A stretch of 64,000 bases of DNA, taken from Candidatus Omnitrophota bacterium. GTDB taxonomy: Bacteria > Omnitrophota > Omnitrophia > Omnitrophales > Aquincolibacteriaceae. The notes below the pieces were generated by a model that had not been told where the DNA came from, made no database searches, and saw only the letters and a program-made list of their open reading frames with translations. The DNA is taken from positions 2,593 through 66,592 of the forward strand of contig JBDRCT010000005.1 in assembly GCA_043821445.1 (NCBI GenBank). Reading direction: 5' to 3'. Within the stretch, counting starts at the first letter, position 1. Each line of letters begins with the position of its first letter. A program made the position numbers and the translations under genes. Of this stretch, positions 52,952 through 62,612 are shown in pieces.

Positions 52952-54817
52952 TTAATCGCCATAACCGCTACTGTTTAGTAATGATTCGGAGAGCCTCTCT
53001 TGATAGCCCGAATAGGCGCATGCTTTATAATACTTTGAATTCAATCCTTCAATGAGGTTCAGCCCGGTACCCTCCAGGTTTTCTTCGGCGATGTTCTCTC
53101 CCATGCCTTGATAGAAATATCCCTTGTACCGTTCATCTACATAATTTCCTATAAGTTTATCCGCGCCCGGGAAGTCATAACCCTGTCCAAAACCCTCCCA
53201 AAAATATCTCAGCATCTCTTCGTCTTTCTCATGAATGCTCTGGAGTGCAAACAAATAGGGTTCCATCCCGATATCAAATCCATCGATGCCCGCCTTGTGG
53301 TACAGGCGAAGAGCCATCTGGTGGGCTATCCCTCGCCCCAGACCTTTGAAACAGTGGAACCTGTCTTCCCGGCTAAAAGAAAATTCCTTGAGAAATTCCT
53401 CGACCCTGGCGACCATGGTTTTATCTGCATTATAATCATGAACCATACCCCATCCAAATCCTTGTAAAAAAAATTTCCTTTTGGAAAAATCAATGTTTTT
53501 TATCTGCTCTACAATTTGAGCGTAATGAAAATTCGAAGCGCCTATCTTCTCTCCCAACATCCGGTAAGAATAACCTTTATAAATGAACCCTTGGCCGATT
53601 TTCCCAAATGAAATGGACGTAATATTTTCATAAAGACCCGCCAACAAAATGGCGCCCCACACCGTTATGAATAATCCCTTGATGAGCCACTGCCTTGTTT
53701 GCATAAGCCTCTGGGATCCTAACGCAACGATCGCAAAAATAAATGGATAAAGAGGCACGATATACCCTGCGTTCTGCCACCCGGGCCATACCGTATATGA
53801 ACTTAAGATATAACACGGGAAAAAAACAAGCGGGAAAAGCAGAATGATGCTTTCTCGAGACAAAGGTTTTTCTTTTCCGATCTTTAAAGGAATTGCCAGT
53901 TTAAGGAGCGCATAGCGATTCATCCACAGCAGATACAAGAAACACACGGAGAAGAAGGCGTAATATAAATACTCCGGATATGACGGTAAGCGTTCGAAAT
54001 TAAACAGGCGAAGCAGATCTTTGGTGAGAAAATTTTTTGCCTTTAAAATAATATGAGAGAAAGACATCCCTTGAAAATTAACAGCTTGATAAAAAAATGT
54101 CACAAATCTGGTCCGGCCGCTACCGAGATCCACTGCGGACTCAAAATAAATTCTTGGGCTAAACCCTATGAAAGCAAATATCAGGAACAGGTAAAATTTG
54201 AGACTGAATATAAATTTCCTGTCAAAGGCGAACCAGAATATGAACAGAGTCAGCAGGGTTACACCGCAAAGATAAGAATAAAAAAACCCGAAGCCGGAAA
54301 TTAAGCCCAGCAGTATGAAATAAATATTTTTCTTTTTATGATCAAAAAAAATAAGGTAAGCCATAAACAGGATCGCTGCCGTAAAAAGACTTGACTCCGG
54401 ATGCGAGCCGATAGAAAGAACGGAACATTTTGTATATACGGTAGGGGAAAAGATAAATAACAGACTTGCGAGTATGGCTACCGATCGATTAAAGAACCTC
54501 TTTAATAACAGGTACCATAATACAAGCACTCCCAGCGAAAACAGGATGGGTACTATTTTTGCCGAGGCCCCAGAGGGACCCCATAGCAGGAAAAAAGGGA
54601 CCATGAGGATGCCATTCACTACAGAACCAAAATTATGATCATCCGGAAATAAGTTTTGAAACGGTAGAGAAGGCCCCTGGATCAACTCCATAGCAATGGT
54701 GCCGGGAAAAAATTCATTGGCATCATAAATGGCATCTCGTTGCGAAGAGACCAAAAAAAGCCTCAACGCAACAAAGAGGACTGCAAGGGCTGCTAATACG
54801 ATCTTATCTTTTTTCAT
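52952..54817 (-). CDS. GT-C fold polyprenyl-phosphate-sugar-dependent glycosyltransferase (ArnT/PMT, GT39/GT83-like) with a C-terminal soluble domain
   Basis: The 621-aa protein has about 11 transmembrane helices, with an N-terminal profile typical of ArnT-like enzymes. Its C-terminal 200 aa are hydrophilic. Confidence 0.6.
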   Translation of the reverse strand: MKKDKIVLAALAVLFVALRLFLVSSQRDAIYDANEFFPGTIAMELIQGPSLPFQNLFPDDHNFGSVVNGILMVPFFLLWGPSGASAKIVPILFSLGVLVLWYLLLKRFFNRSVAILASLLFIFSPTVYTKCSVLSIGSHPESSLFTAAILFMAYLIFFDHKKKNIYFILLGLISGFGFFYSYLCGVTLLTLFIFWFAFDRKFIFSLKFYLFLIFAFIGFSPRIYFESAVDLGSGRTRFVTFFYQAVNFQGMSFSHIILKAKNFLTKDLLRLFNFERLPSYPEYLYYAFFSVCFLYLLWMNRYALLKLAIPLKIGKEKPLSRESIILLFPLVFFPCYILSSYTVWPGWQNAGYIVPLYPFIFAIVALGSQRLMQTRQWLIKGLFITVWGAILLAGLYENITSISFGKIGQGFIYKGYSYRMLGEKIGASNFHYAQIVEQIKNIDFSKRKFFLQGFGWGMVHDYNADKTMVARVEEFLKEFSFSREDRFHCFKGLGRGIAHQMALRLYHKAGIDGFDIGMEPYLFALQSIHEKDEEMLRYFWEGFGQGYDFPGADKLIGNYVDERYKGYFYQGMGENIAEENLEGTGLNLIEGLNSKYYKACAYSGYQERLSESLLNSSGYGD

Positions 54818-54853
54818 CTTCGCACCAGAAATGTGGCCCTATCCCGTAAGAGA

Positions 54854-56533
54854 TTAAACATTTTCTTCAAACTTTTTCTTTTCATAGATCGAAATTTCAC
54901 CCCAGGGTGTCTCCAAAGTTTTTAGCTTCTCAAATCGAGAGATATTGGCATCAAAAATATCGAGGATCTTATCGATAAAGCTGCCTTTCGGCTTCACTTT
55001 ACGCCGGATGACATAATCCGCGCCTAGTACCATGTGCTGAAGCTCTTGGTCCGAAAATAATATTTTCCAGTTAGCCTCATCCGGATATAAGCCTATAACA
55101 GCGATGGGAAGATTACCCGTGAGGATCTTGTCCTCCATGGCATTATGAATAACTGTTCCTTGGAAATTGACATCTAAAACTTTTATAAAATCGTTTGTCC
55201 ACTGACGAGAGCACTCCCCTATCAGTTGGCTGATCTCATTATTGATAAATTTCCAACCCCATTCTTCATCCGAATTCCCGCGCTTTTCAAATGTCGACAT
55301 GAGTTCATCCAGGGCCCAATCGCCGTTCCCGGCTTGCAATAACCCTTTAGAAGTCACGTCCCCCAAAAGCTGGGCCACATCTATCCCCCCCATGGGCTTA
55401 GGGTTATACGAGATTAAAAAGTATTGAGATGTGAGAAAAAATAAAAAAACCATTAATAGATATTTGCCTATTTTAAGCCTGGACAGCCATTCCATGCCGA
55501 CAGAAGATATAAGAGCCACGGGGGCCAATAAAGAAACTGCAAGCCGAGAAAGACCTTGCAATGCCAACATGGAAACAAGAATGAGCGTGAACACGAACCA
55601 CATGAGAAGAAAATAGATCTTGGGTCTTTTGTTCTTTTCAAAAAAAGAAATGCCCAGCGCCAGAATAAATAGAGACACAAAAAACCAACCCAGATATTCC
55701 ATCATTAACATCCGCAGAAAATGGGGCGAATTAAAAACGACCGATGAAAGAGCCGGCCATGATGACCATAATTTCTGCCCCCTAAGGTATCCAGAAATCT
55801 TGTCCATGGAATACCACGGAAAGAGAAGGAGGCACGAAAGAACGACCGAGGAAAAGGTATTGATCGCCATCTTTGTTGCTGAGATATGCGCCGGGACCTC
55901 TGCTCGCCTAAAAAAAAGGGCGATGTTCTTGATCGCGTAAAAAAGGACGGGGATTATAATATAAACGACAAACCGGGGCCTTATGAGCTCGCCCAGAGCG
56001 AATGCGAAACCGAAACATAAAGAATATTTAAAATTTTTAAATCCCCCGGACTTGATCAGCAGGTACACACACGCCGTCGAGATCGCCAAGACGGGGACTT
56101 CCAACATATACACTCTCGAAAAACCGACCACCCCGGGATAGAACGAAATAAGGAACGCCGCTAAAAGTCCTGTCCTGCGGTTAAATAAAAGTTTGCCGAG
56201 CCCGAACATGCTGAGGATGAGAATAAGAAAGAACGATTGGTTCGCTAAAATAGCAACGTCCTGGCTCACTCCAAAAAAAGAAAGAAAAGGGATCGCCACA
56301 AGAGCGAGGAGTTCTCCGCCAAGCCCCACACCCAGGATAGGAGTGAGCAGAGAAAGATCTCCGCCTTTGACAATAGCCATCCATGTTTCCTCATACTTAA
56401 AACTCAATTGGTAATAAACGGAGGCATCGCCTACGAAAGGCATCGTATCCCGGAAAATGATCACCATGTTGTTGATGACATGAAATGCAAAAAGTGACAA
56501 CAGGGCTATCCACACGAGAGGGTCTTTTTTCAT
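54854..56533 (-). CDS. GT-C fold polyprenyl-phosphate-sugar-dependent glycosyltransferase (ArnT/PMT-like), paralog
   Basis: The 559-aa protein has about 11 transmembrane helices and a C-terminal periplasmic domain. It is translationally coupled (ATGA) to the upstream GT2 gene. Confidence 0.6.
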   Translation of the reverse strand: MKKDPLVWIALLSLFAFHVINNMVIIFRDTMPFVGDASVYYQLSFKYEETWMAIVKGGDLSLLTPILGVGLGGELLALVAIPFLSFFGVSQDVAILANQSFFLILILSMFGLGKLLFNRRTGLLAAFLISFYPGVVGFSRVYMLEVPVLAISTACVYLLIKSGGFKNFKYSLCFGFAFALGELIRPRFVVYIIIPVLFYAIKNIALFFRRAEVPAHISATKMAINTFSSVVLSCLLLFPWYSMDKISGYLRGQKLWSSWPALSSVVFNSPHFLRMLMMEYLGWFFVSLFILALGISFFEKNKRPKIYFLLMWFVFTLILVSMLALQGLSRLAVSLLAPVALISSVGMEWLSRLKIGKYLLMVFLFFLTSQYFLISYNPKPMGGIDVAQLLGDVTSKGLLQAGNGDWALDELMSTFEKRGNSDEEWGWKFINNEISQLIGECSRQWTNDFIKVLDVNFQGTVIHNAMEDKILTGNLPIAVIGLYPDEANWKILFSDQELQHMVLGADYVIRRKVKPKGSFIDKILDIFDANISRFEKLKTLETPWGEISIYEKKKFEENV

Positions 56534-57216
56534 CTTCGCATCAGGAATCTTGCCATATCCCGGAAGAGATTGAACATTTTCTTCAAGTTCAGGAATTGGG
56601 AACGGCCATACCGCCTTGGGAAATGGCTGACCAAGACCTCTTTTAGCTTAACTCCGTTTCTCACGAGCCTGATCACCATTTCTGCCGGAGCAAAACCGCT
56701 GTCGGAGCGGATCCTGATCCGGTCCATCGCTTCTTTTCTGATGAGCCTGAAATCGCAGTTGATGTAAGTGAGGGTTTTACCGAATAAGCCATCCAAACAG
56801 AGCTGATACATCTTGCTCACGAGGACCCTGTAAAAGGCATCCTGACGTTTTAAGATGTAGCCATTGATAAGGTCGTACTCTTCCGCGTAAGGCAACAACC
56901 GAGTCATTTCCTTGATGTCATATTGCCCGTCTCCATCGGTATAGAACACCCATTTCTTGGTCGCGTGCGCAAATCCGCTTTTTAGCACCCCCCCATAATC
57001 TCTGTTTTCTGCGTGCCGGACCCACCGGACCCTTTTGTGGCTCTCCGCAAGTTTCCGGGCTATCTCCCCCGTCTCATCCCAACTGCAGTCATCGATGATG
57101 ATGATCTCGTAATCCAAGCCCAACGGATCCAGGACCGAGATCGCGTCCAGGACCAATGGCTTGATCGTTCTGCCATCGTTATAGGCCGGTAAAAAAACAG
57201 AGATCTCTTTGATCAT
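56530..57216 (-). CDS. family-2 glycosyltransferase, polyprenyl-phosphate sugar transferase (ArnC/GtrB/DPM1-like)
   Basis: The 228-aa protein has VFLPAYND ... IIIIDDCSWDET ... YTDGDGQ motifs. Confidence 0.8.
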   Translation of the reverse strand: MIKEISVFLPAYNDGRTIKPLVLDAISVLDPLGLDYEIIIIDDCSWDETGEIARKLAESHKRVRWVRHAENRDYGGVLKSGFAHATKKWVFYTDGDGQYDIKEMTRLLPYAEEYDLINGYILKRQDAFYRVLVSKMYQLCLDGLFGKTLTYINCDFRLIRKEAMDRIRIRSDSGFAPAEMVIRLVRNGVKLKEVLVSHFPRRYGRSQFLNLKKMFNLFRDMARFLMRR

Positions 57217-57263
57217 AAGACCGATCGCTTGGCGATCTCGCTCCCCCTAAAAGAGACATCCTA

Positions 57264-58700
57264 TCAGGACAGACCGGACAGGAACCTGAGCCCGTCCCAA
57301 TAGCGTTTAACATCCTCGCTTGTTCTTATTTTCTTCAAATGCTTCAAAAAATATCCGGGCCGGAGATAAAATTTTCTATAGGCCTTCCGGATCATGGCTT
57401 CCACTTCTCCCGCGTTCTTATAACCGGCGGGCACATAGGTGACCGAGGGAAGGTACCGGGTCTCGCACATTTTTTCTGAATAGGCCGGCACGATCACTTT
57501 ACCTTCCCTCAGACATTGCTCGTAGAGAGGAGTCCCCCTGAAGGGATGTGTCGGGATAAAAGCAGCGTAGGTACAATCTAACTCGATCGCGAACCGGATG
57601 GTCTCTTCCGCCTTTTCCGGAGTCTCGCCGGGTAAAGCCAGCATAAACGCCCCGATGACCTCCAATCCCAGGCCATTCGCCAAAGCGGCGGCTCGCCTGC
57701 TCTGTTCCAGCGTAATTCCTTTTTTGATGTTGTTGAGCAGATCCTGGTTGCCCGACTCAAAACCGAAACTAACGCTGACGCAACCTGTTTCCTTGGCCCG
57801 TTTTAAGATCGGCTCATCAATGTGATTGACCCTTGCGCGGAAGGACCAGCTAAGGTTGAGTTTTTCACGGTCCAAGGCGTCGCAAAAATTTGTCAGCCAT
57901 CCCTGATGGGCCGCGAGATCATCATCGTAGAATATGAATTCCTTCATCCCGAATTCCCGGACCAGGCCCTTGATCTCCTCCAGGGTTTTGGCAACACTTT
58001 GTATCCTGGGCTCCCTTTTCAAGATCCCCGACCGGTAGCAAAAGGTGCATTGGGCATAAGCACATCCGCGGGAAACAATGATGTTGGTCGACGGCAACTT
58101 TTTATTCTCAAAAGGCTCCGGGATATAAGCCTCCATGGGATAAAGATGCCGGGCGGGAAACGGCAGAGCCTCCAAATCGATCGGCCTGTCGTCGGGAGGG
58201 GTTTCCAGGATCTGACCTCTTTCGTTACGGTAATAAATGCCCTTCACTTCCGGCCAAGTCCGCCTGGATTCCAAACAGGACATGATGCCGAGTACGGCAT
58301 GCTCGCCTTCGCCCGCCACTAAGACGTCGATCCCGCTGCACTTTTCCATCGTTTCCCTCGGAAAGCAAGTAGGATGGGCACCGCCGACGATCACGGGGAT
58401 ATCTTTAAATCTTTGCTTGAGCCTCCGGATCAAACCGTAAGCGGAGTCTTCCTGGGGAGTCAGAAAAGAAATACCCAAGACATCCGGCCGGTAGGCATCC
58501 ACTTCGCGCAAAATTTCATCGACGGTCAGCTCCAAGACTTGCGCATCGATGATCTTGGCCTGGTGCCCGGCTTGAAGCAGCACTGCAGCAATGTAGCCGA
58601 CCCCCAAAGGAGGCAGGAAGCCGCGCTTGACATGTTTTCTACTGTTGATTCTTCCGGAATGATCCTGTGGGGCCGAGGGGATAATGAAAAGTATCTTCAA
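57264..58700 (-). CDS. B12-binding-domain radical SAM protein
   Basis: An N-terminal cobalamin-binding Rossmann domain (PVIVGGAHPT) is followed by a radical-SAM core. The cluster Cys reads RGCAYAQCTFC, a CX4CX2C spacing. Confidence 0.8.
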   Translation of the reverse strand: MKILFIIPSAPQDHSGRINSRKHVKRGFLPPLGVGYIAAVLLQAGHQAKIIDAQVLELTVDEILREVDAYRPDVLGISFLTPQEDSAYGLIRRLKQRFKDIPVIVGGAHPTCFPRETMEKCSGIDVLVAGEGEHAVLGIMSCLESRRTWPEVKGIYYRNERGQILETPPDDRPIDLEALPFPARHLYPMEAYIPEPFENKKLPSTNIIVSRGCAYAQCTFCYRSGILKREPRIQSVAKTLEEIKGLVREFGMKEFIFYDDDLAAHQGWLTNFCDALDREKLNLSWSFRARVNHIDEPILKRAKETGCVSVSFGFESGNQDLLNNIKKGITLEQSRRAAALANGLGLEVIGAFMLALPGETPEKAEETIRFAIELDCTYAAFIPTHPFRGTPLYEQCLREGKVIVPAYSEKMCETRYLPSVTYVPAGYKNAGEVEAMIRKAYRKFYLRPGYFLKHLKKIRTSEDVKRYWDGLRFLSGLS

Positions 58701-58814
58701 TATGCATGCTTTCTCTGATTGATAAAATTCCGGCGATCAAAGTAAGATTGTCAAGTATGATAGCCGAACTGAATCAATGCGAGAAGGAAAAAAAGAAAAG
58801 GATGGGATATATTC

Positions 58815-59954
58815 TTATGTCTCTTTGAAAGACCGGACCGCTTCGCACACCGTTTGGATAGCGCTTTCCGGCAATTCCGGGAACATGGGAAGACTCAGTA
58901 TTTCCATGCAAGATCTCTCTGTCGCAGTCAATCCGCCGGGAGCGATATTGGGATTCCCCTCATACGCAGGCTGCTGATGCACGGGAACGGGATAATGCAC
59001 GGCCGTATCCACGCCTAAAGTTTTCAAGTGCGCTCTCAGAAGGTCCCTTTTCTCAGACCTTACGACATACTGATGATAAACAGGGATGGAACCCGACACT
59101 TCCACCGGCAGACGCACAGAAGAAACAGCGAGCTGTTTCGAATATTCCGCGGCGATCTTCCTGCGCTTGTCATTCTCCTCGTCCAAGTAACGTAACTTGA
59201 CGCGCAGAATGGCCGCCTGCAATTCATCCAACCGGGAATTCCCGCCCGGGATATGACTGATGCGCTGTTGCTGCCAGCCATACTGCCGCAAGGATCTGAC
59301 TTCCTCCGACAGTGCTGGATCATGAGTGGTCACCATACCGCCATCCCCCAAAGCACCCAGATTTTTCGTAGGATAAAAACTAAAGGCTGCCATATCGCCC
59401 CAGGAGCCGGTCCTGCGGCCTCCCAGCATTGCACCAAGCGATTGAGCGCAATCCTCAATAACCATGAGACCATACTGACGGGCAATTTCAAGGATCGCCG
59501 GCATATCGGCCGGCTGACCGTAAAGATGGACCGGAATGACCGCTTTGGGCCGTCCCTTCGGAGCATGGGCCAACACCGTCGCCAGGTTACCCGGATCCAT
59601 GGTGTATGTGACCGGATCAATATCCACCAATACAGGAGCGGCACCCGTAAGTTCAATGGCCGCCACAGTGGCGACCGCCGTGTGGGAGACCGTAAAAACA
59701 AGATCCCCGGGGCCCACGCCGATAGCACGCAACGCCAGCTCCAAAGCATCGGTACCGTTGCCCACGCCAACGGCATGGGGAACACCCACATAAGAAGCAA
59801 ACTCTTGTTCAAAAGCTTCGACCTCTGGGCCCAAGATGTACGAACCGCTCTCCAAGACGCGATGGATCGCGGCATCGATCTCGGCTTTGTGGGCCAGATA
59901 ATTGGCCTTGGGATCGGCCTGTGGAATAACCCTCGCCGGCGTCTTCGGGTTCAT
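58815..59954 (-). CDS. DegT/DnrJ/EryC1/StrS-family PLP-dependent sugar aminotransferase (ArnB/PglE-like)
   Basis: The 379-aa protein has GVGNGTDALELAL ... SFYPTKNLGALGDGG. Confidence 0.85.
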   Translation of the reverse strand: MNPKTPARVIPQADPKANYLAHKAEIDAAIHRVLESGSYILGPEVEAFEQEFASYVGVPHAVGVGNGTDALELALRAIGVGPGDLVFTVSHTAVATVAAIELTGAAPVLVDIDPVTYTMDPGNLATVLAHAPKGRPKAVIPVHLYGQPADMPAILEIARQYGLMVIEDCAQSLGAMLGGRRTGSWGDMAAFSFYPTKNLGALGDGGMVTTHDPALSEEVRSLRQYGWQQQRISHIPGGNSRLDELQAAILRVKLRYLDEENDKRRKIAAEYSKQLAVSSVRLPVEVSGSIPVYHQYVVRSEKRDLLRAHLKTLGVDTAVHYPVPVHQQPAYEGNPNIAPGGLTATERSCMEILSLPMFPELPESAIQTVCEAVRSFKET

Positions 59955-60958
59955 TGGTAATGATCTCCATGTTCGCGAAAAAAGGCCAAGGTCCGGACCA
60001 ATCCCTCGCGTAACGGTGTTTTTGGTTCCCAGCCTAACTCGGCACGGATGTACCGATCATCTGCATAATAGTTACCGATATCGATGCGTTTACGATCGTC
60101 CGGAAATTCGCGCGTCTCAAAAGTACCCCCGCCATGGACCGCCACCAGGAGATGCGCCAGATCACGCAAATTAATGACTTCACGGCCGCCCAGATTGAAA
60201 ACCTTGCCGTTCGCTTTTTCGCTGGCAGCCGCCACAAGAAAGGCATCCACTGCATCCTCCGCATAGGTAAAATCACGCTGCTGTTCGCCGCCCCACACTT
60301 CAAACGGTTTTCCTTCGAGGACCTTTTTGATCCACAGGCCCAAAAACGTTTGACGCGCATCCTTGATCCTCATATGAGGCCCGTAGGTGTTGGTCAGACG
60401 CAGGGCGCAGGCCCGGATTCCGTACACATTGTTGTAAAGAATGTGGTACTGTTCGCCTGCCGTTTTATGGATGCCGTTGACGTCGACGGGACGCAACAGA
60501 TGTTTTTCATCCACAGGCAAATGATCGGGTTTCCCATAGATCTGGCGCGTACTTGCAAAAACGATTTTGACACCGGCATTGTACTTCCGGCAGGATTCTA
60601 GCATGGAAAGCTGCGCCCGGCAGTTGATTTCCATATCGCGCCCGGGATCCTCCATAGAATCTATGTGGCTCGTCTGCCCGGCCAGGTTAAAAAGATAATC
60701 CTGGCCCTGGATCAAGGAGTGCATGCTGTGCGCGTCGCACACATCGGAGATATTGATCTTCACCTTGTCCTCAAGCCCCTGGATATTGAACAAGTTGCCG
60801 CCGTATTCGGGAGCCAAGTTATCGACGAGCGTCACCCGGGCCCCCAATCCTACCAAGCGACGGGCCAAGTGAGAGCCGATGAACCCCAGCCCTCCGGTGA
60901 TGAGAACTTTTTGGTCGGTAAAATCCATTTTATCTTTCACCAGCGGGATGAGCGTCAC
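59951..60958 (-). CDS. NAD-dependent epimerase/dehydratase (extended SDR; UDP-sugar 4,6-dehydratase/decarboxylase-like)
   Basis: The protein has VLITGGLGFIGSHL, plus NTYGPHM and other motifs of the UXS/ArnA C-terminal domain type. By-eye alignment finds no Tyr at the expected YxxxK position (VNGIHKTAGE). It overlaps the aminotransferase gene by 4 nt. Confidence 0.75.
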   Translation of the reverse strand: MTLIPLVKDKMDFTDQKVLITGGLGFIGSHLARRLVGLGARVTLVDNLAPEYGGNLFNIQGLEDKVKINISDVCDAHSMHSLIQGQDYLFNLAGQTSHIDSMEDPGRDMEINCRAQLSMLESCRKYNAGVKIVFASTRQIYGKPDHLPVDEKHLLRPVDVNGIHKTAGEQYHILYNNVYGIRACALRLTNTYGPHMRIKDARQTFLGLWIKKVLEGKPFEVWGGEQQRDFTYAEDAVDAFLVAAASEKANGKVFNLGGREVINLRDLAHLLVAVHGGGTFETREFPDDRKRIDIGNYYADDRYIRAELGWEPKTPLREGLVRTLAFFREHGDHYQ

Positions 60959-60996
60959 TCCTCCGCCGGGTTGCCGTCATTTTATTCCGATCCGGA

Positions 60997-61296
60997 TCAT
61001 GAGGGCTGAGCGGTCCGTTTCCTCGGTGGAAAGAACGTCACCCTGATCCACCCCCAGTTCAGGAAGATATGCCCCGCGGCGAGCGTGATCAGTAACAGGC
61101 CGTTATATTCATGGATTCCAAAAAGAAGGTCCTTGTTCAGTACTTTTACTTCCGAGAAGATCATGAGCGCCGTGACGGCCTGGACAAGAATGGAAAGAGA
61201 GAGGGGCAAATTCACAAAACGCAACATTTCGTTTTTGTTCATAACGATCCTTCCGTTGTGTGTTTCATTCGCGGCCCCGCGTATAAGCCGATCCAT
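60997..61296 (-). CDS. small membrane protein (about 2 TM), start uncertain
   Basis: The 99-aa ORF contains hydrophobic segments (LPLSLSILVQAVTALMIF, LLLITLAAGHIFLNWGWI). It lies 38 nt upstream of the SDR gene. Confidence 0.3.
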   Translation of the reverse strand: MDRLIRGAANETHNGRIVMNKNEMLRFVNLPLSLSILVQAVTALMIFSEVKVLNKDLLFGIHEYNGLLLITLAAGHIFLNWGWIRVTFFPPRKRTAQPS

Positions 61297-61387
61297 CCCA
61301 CGCGGGCGATGTAACGTTGCACGTCTTTAAAATGAGCGCTTCTTAAAAAGGATTCTACAGTGACACTTCCAGGTTGTCCACCCGCAG

Positions 61388-61520
61388 GACGCCCGATTAT
61401 CATAAATTTTTCAACCGGAAATCGGTGCTGTCCTTGGCGCCCTGGCTCTCATTAAAAAATTAACAGTTAGCCAGGACAGTCCAGGTCGCCCTTTATGAAA
61501 AGAAAACAAAGACCTGGACG
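61388..61520 (+). repeat. double-hairpin structured repeat, copy E (a composite with an extra inserted hairpin)
   Basis: The hairpin 1 homolog, CCCGAT..AAATTTTTCAACCGGAAATCGGTG, aligns with copy A and has A>G / T>C compensatory changes. An extra CCTGGCT...AGCCAGG hairpin (61441-61475) is inserted. Hairpin 2 is GTCCAGGTC, a 23-nt A-rich loop, then GACCTGGAC (61479-61519). Confidence 0.65.
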
Positions 61521-61554
61521 ACCATTAAGAAAAAGAAATAAACGACAAGGACGC

Positions 61555-61947
61555 CTACTTTTCCTGTTTGATCTTCTGGCTGATTTCTTTGACCGCCGGA
61601 TGATTGACGGCATTCACGAATTTTGGATTCGCCATGAGGGCCTTGACGTCGAAAGATCTTACCGCCTTCATGACCTCAGGGTCATTGACAAGGGCCTGAA
61701 AATCAGGACTGAAGAGCAGGCCGAAAATTTTTTTCAGGACATCCGGATCGCCCATGATCGCGGGCCGGAGCTTTTGCATCTCGCTTTGGACAGCCGCAGG
61801 ATCGGAAGGGGCGGTCCCTTGGGAGGATAAAACGATCTTGCCACCCGGGGTACTTCCCTCCGTTAATTCGATGCTCTTTCCATAGGCGGTGTCGGCAAGT
61901 GCGGCGGAGATTAAAACAAAAAGCACAAGGAAAAGGATTTTTTTCAT
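61555..61947 (-). CDS. periplasmic/secreted hypothetical protein (signal peptide)
   Basis: The protein has an MKKILFLVLFVLISAALADTAYG signal peptide and is 130 aa. Confidence 0.45.
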   Translation of the reverse strand: MKKILFLVLFVLISAALADTAYGKSIELTEGSTPGGKIVLSSQGTAPSDPAAVQSEMQKLRPAIMGDPDVLKKIFGLLFSPDFQALVNDPEVMKAVRSFDVKALMANPKFVNAVNHPAVKEISQKIKQEK

Positions 61948-62153
61948 TTTATCTCCCATTTCATTCAGGCACCGGGATGGCCCGGTACCACTGCCCCACT
62001 ATCATGACACGGCAGGGATGAAATGGCTAACAAAAGTGCTGGCGCTCCTATTTCGTGGCCTCTAAAAATACGAAGGCCGCCGGGGTGATCCCCCGGTGGC
62101 CTTTTGTGTGACTCCATTTCCAGGCTGCCCTTGCAGAAGGCGCCTGCTTTGGG

Positions 62154-62612
62154 TTAAGAGGATTGGATTCTTTTATAAAGCTCCTTGGCTAAATTTTTGT
62201 TTAAACCGCTTAATATTTTGTGTTGTTTTAACGCAGCATCCTTATCGCCTTTCTGGAGATAGAGGTCACCCAAACCGACGTAAGCATTAGGATCCTTGGC
62301 GTTCAAAGAGATGGCCTTGTTGAAAGATTCGATCGCTTTATCGATATTGCCTTTCTGGGCATAGAGGTGACCCAAACCGATAATAGCATTGAGATTCTGC
62401 GCGTCCAGGGAGGCGGCCTTGTTATAAAACTCGATCGCTTTATCGACGTCGCCCTTCTTCACCGCTTCATTACCAGCTATAATACAATCGTTTGAGTCTT
62501 CAATACACCCGTTTGAGCCTGCAGCATAACTGCTTGGATGATTGCAAACAAAAAACGTTGCTTGAACTAAAAACACCAGGCTTACTAATCTAAAAAAGAA
62601 ATCTCTTCTCAT
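62154..62612 (-). CDS. secreted TPR-repeat protein (paralog 2, short)
   Basis: The N-terminal leader FFVCNHPSSYAA and the C-terminus AALKQHKILSGLNKNLAKELYKRIQSS are shared with the paralogs. Confidence 0.7.
   Translation of the reverse strand: MRRDFFFRLVSLVFLVQATFFVCNHPSSYAAGSNGCIEDSNDCIIAGNEAVKKGDVDKAIEFYNKAASLDAQNLNAIIGLGHLYAQKGNIDKAIESFNKAISLNAKDPNAYVGLGDLYLQKGDKDAALKQHKILSGLNKNLAKELYKRIQSS

Noticed and set aside
59253-59960. A 235-aa plus-strand ORF and other ORFs overlapping the aminotransferase and SDR genes.
   Set aside because: They are antisense to well-supported DegT and SDR genes, so they are shadow ORFs.
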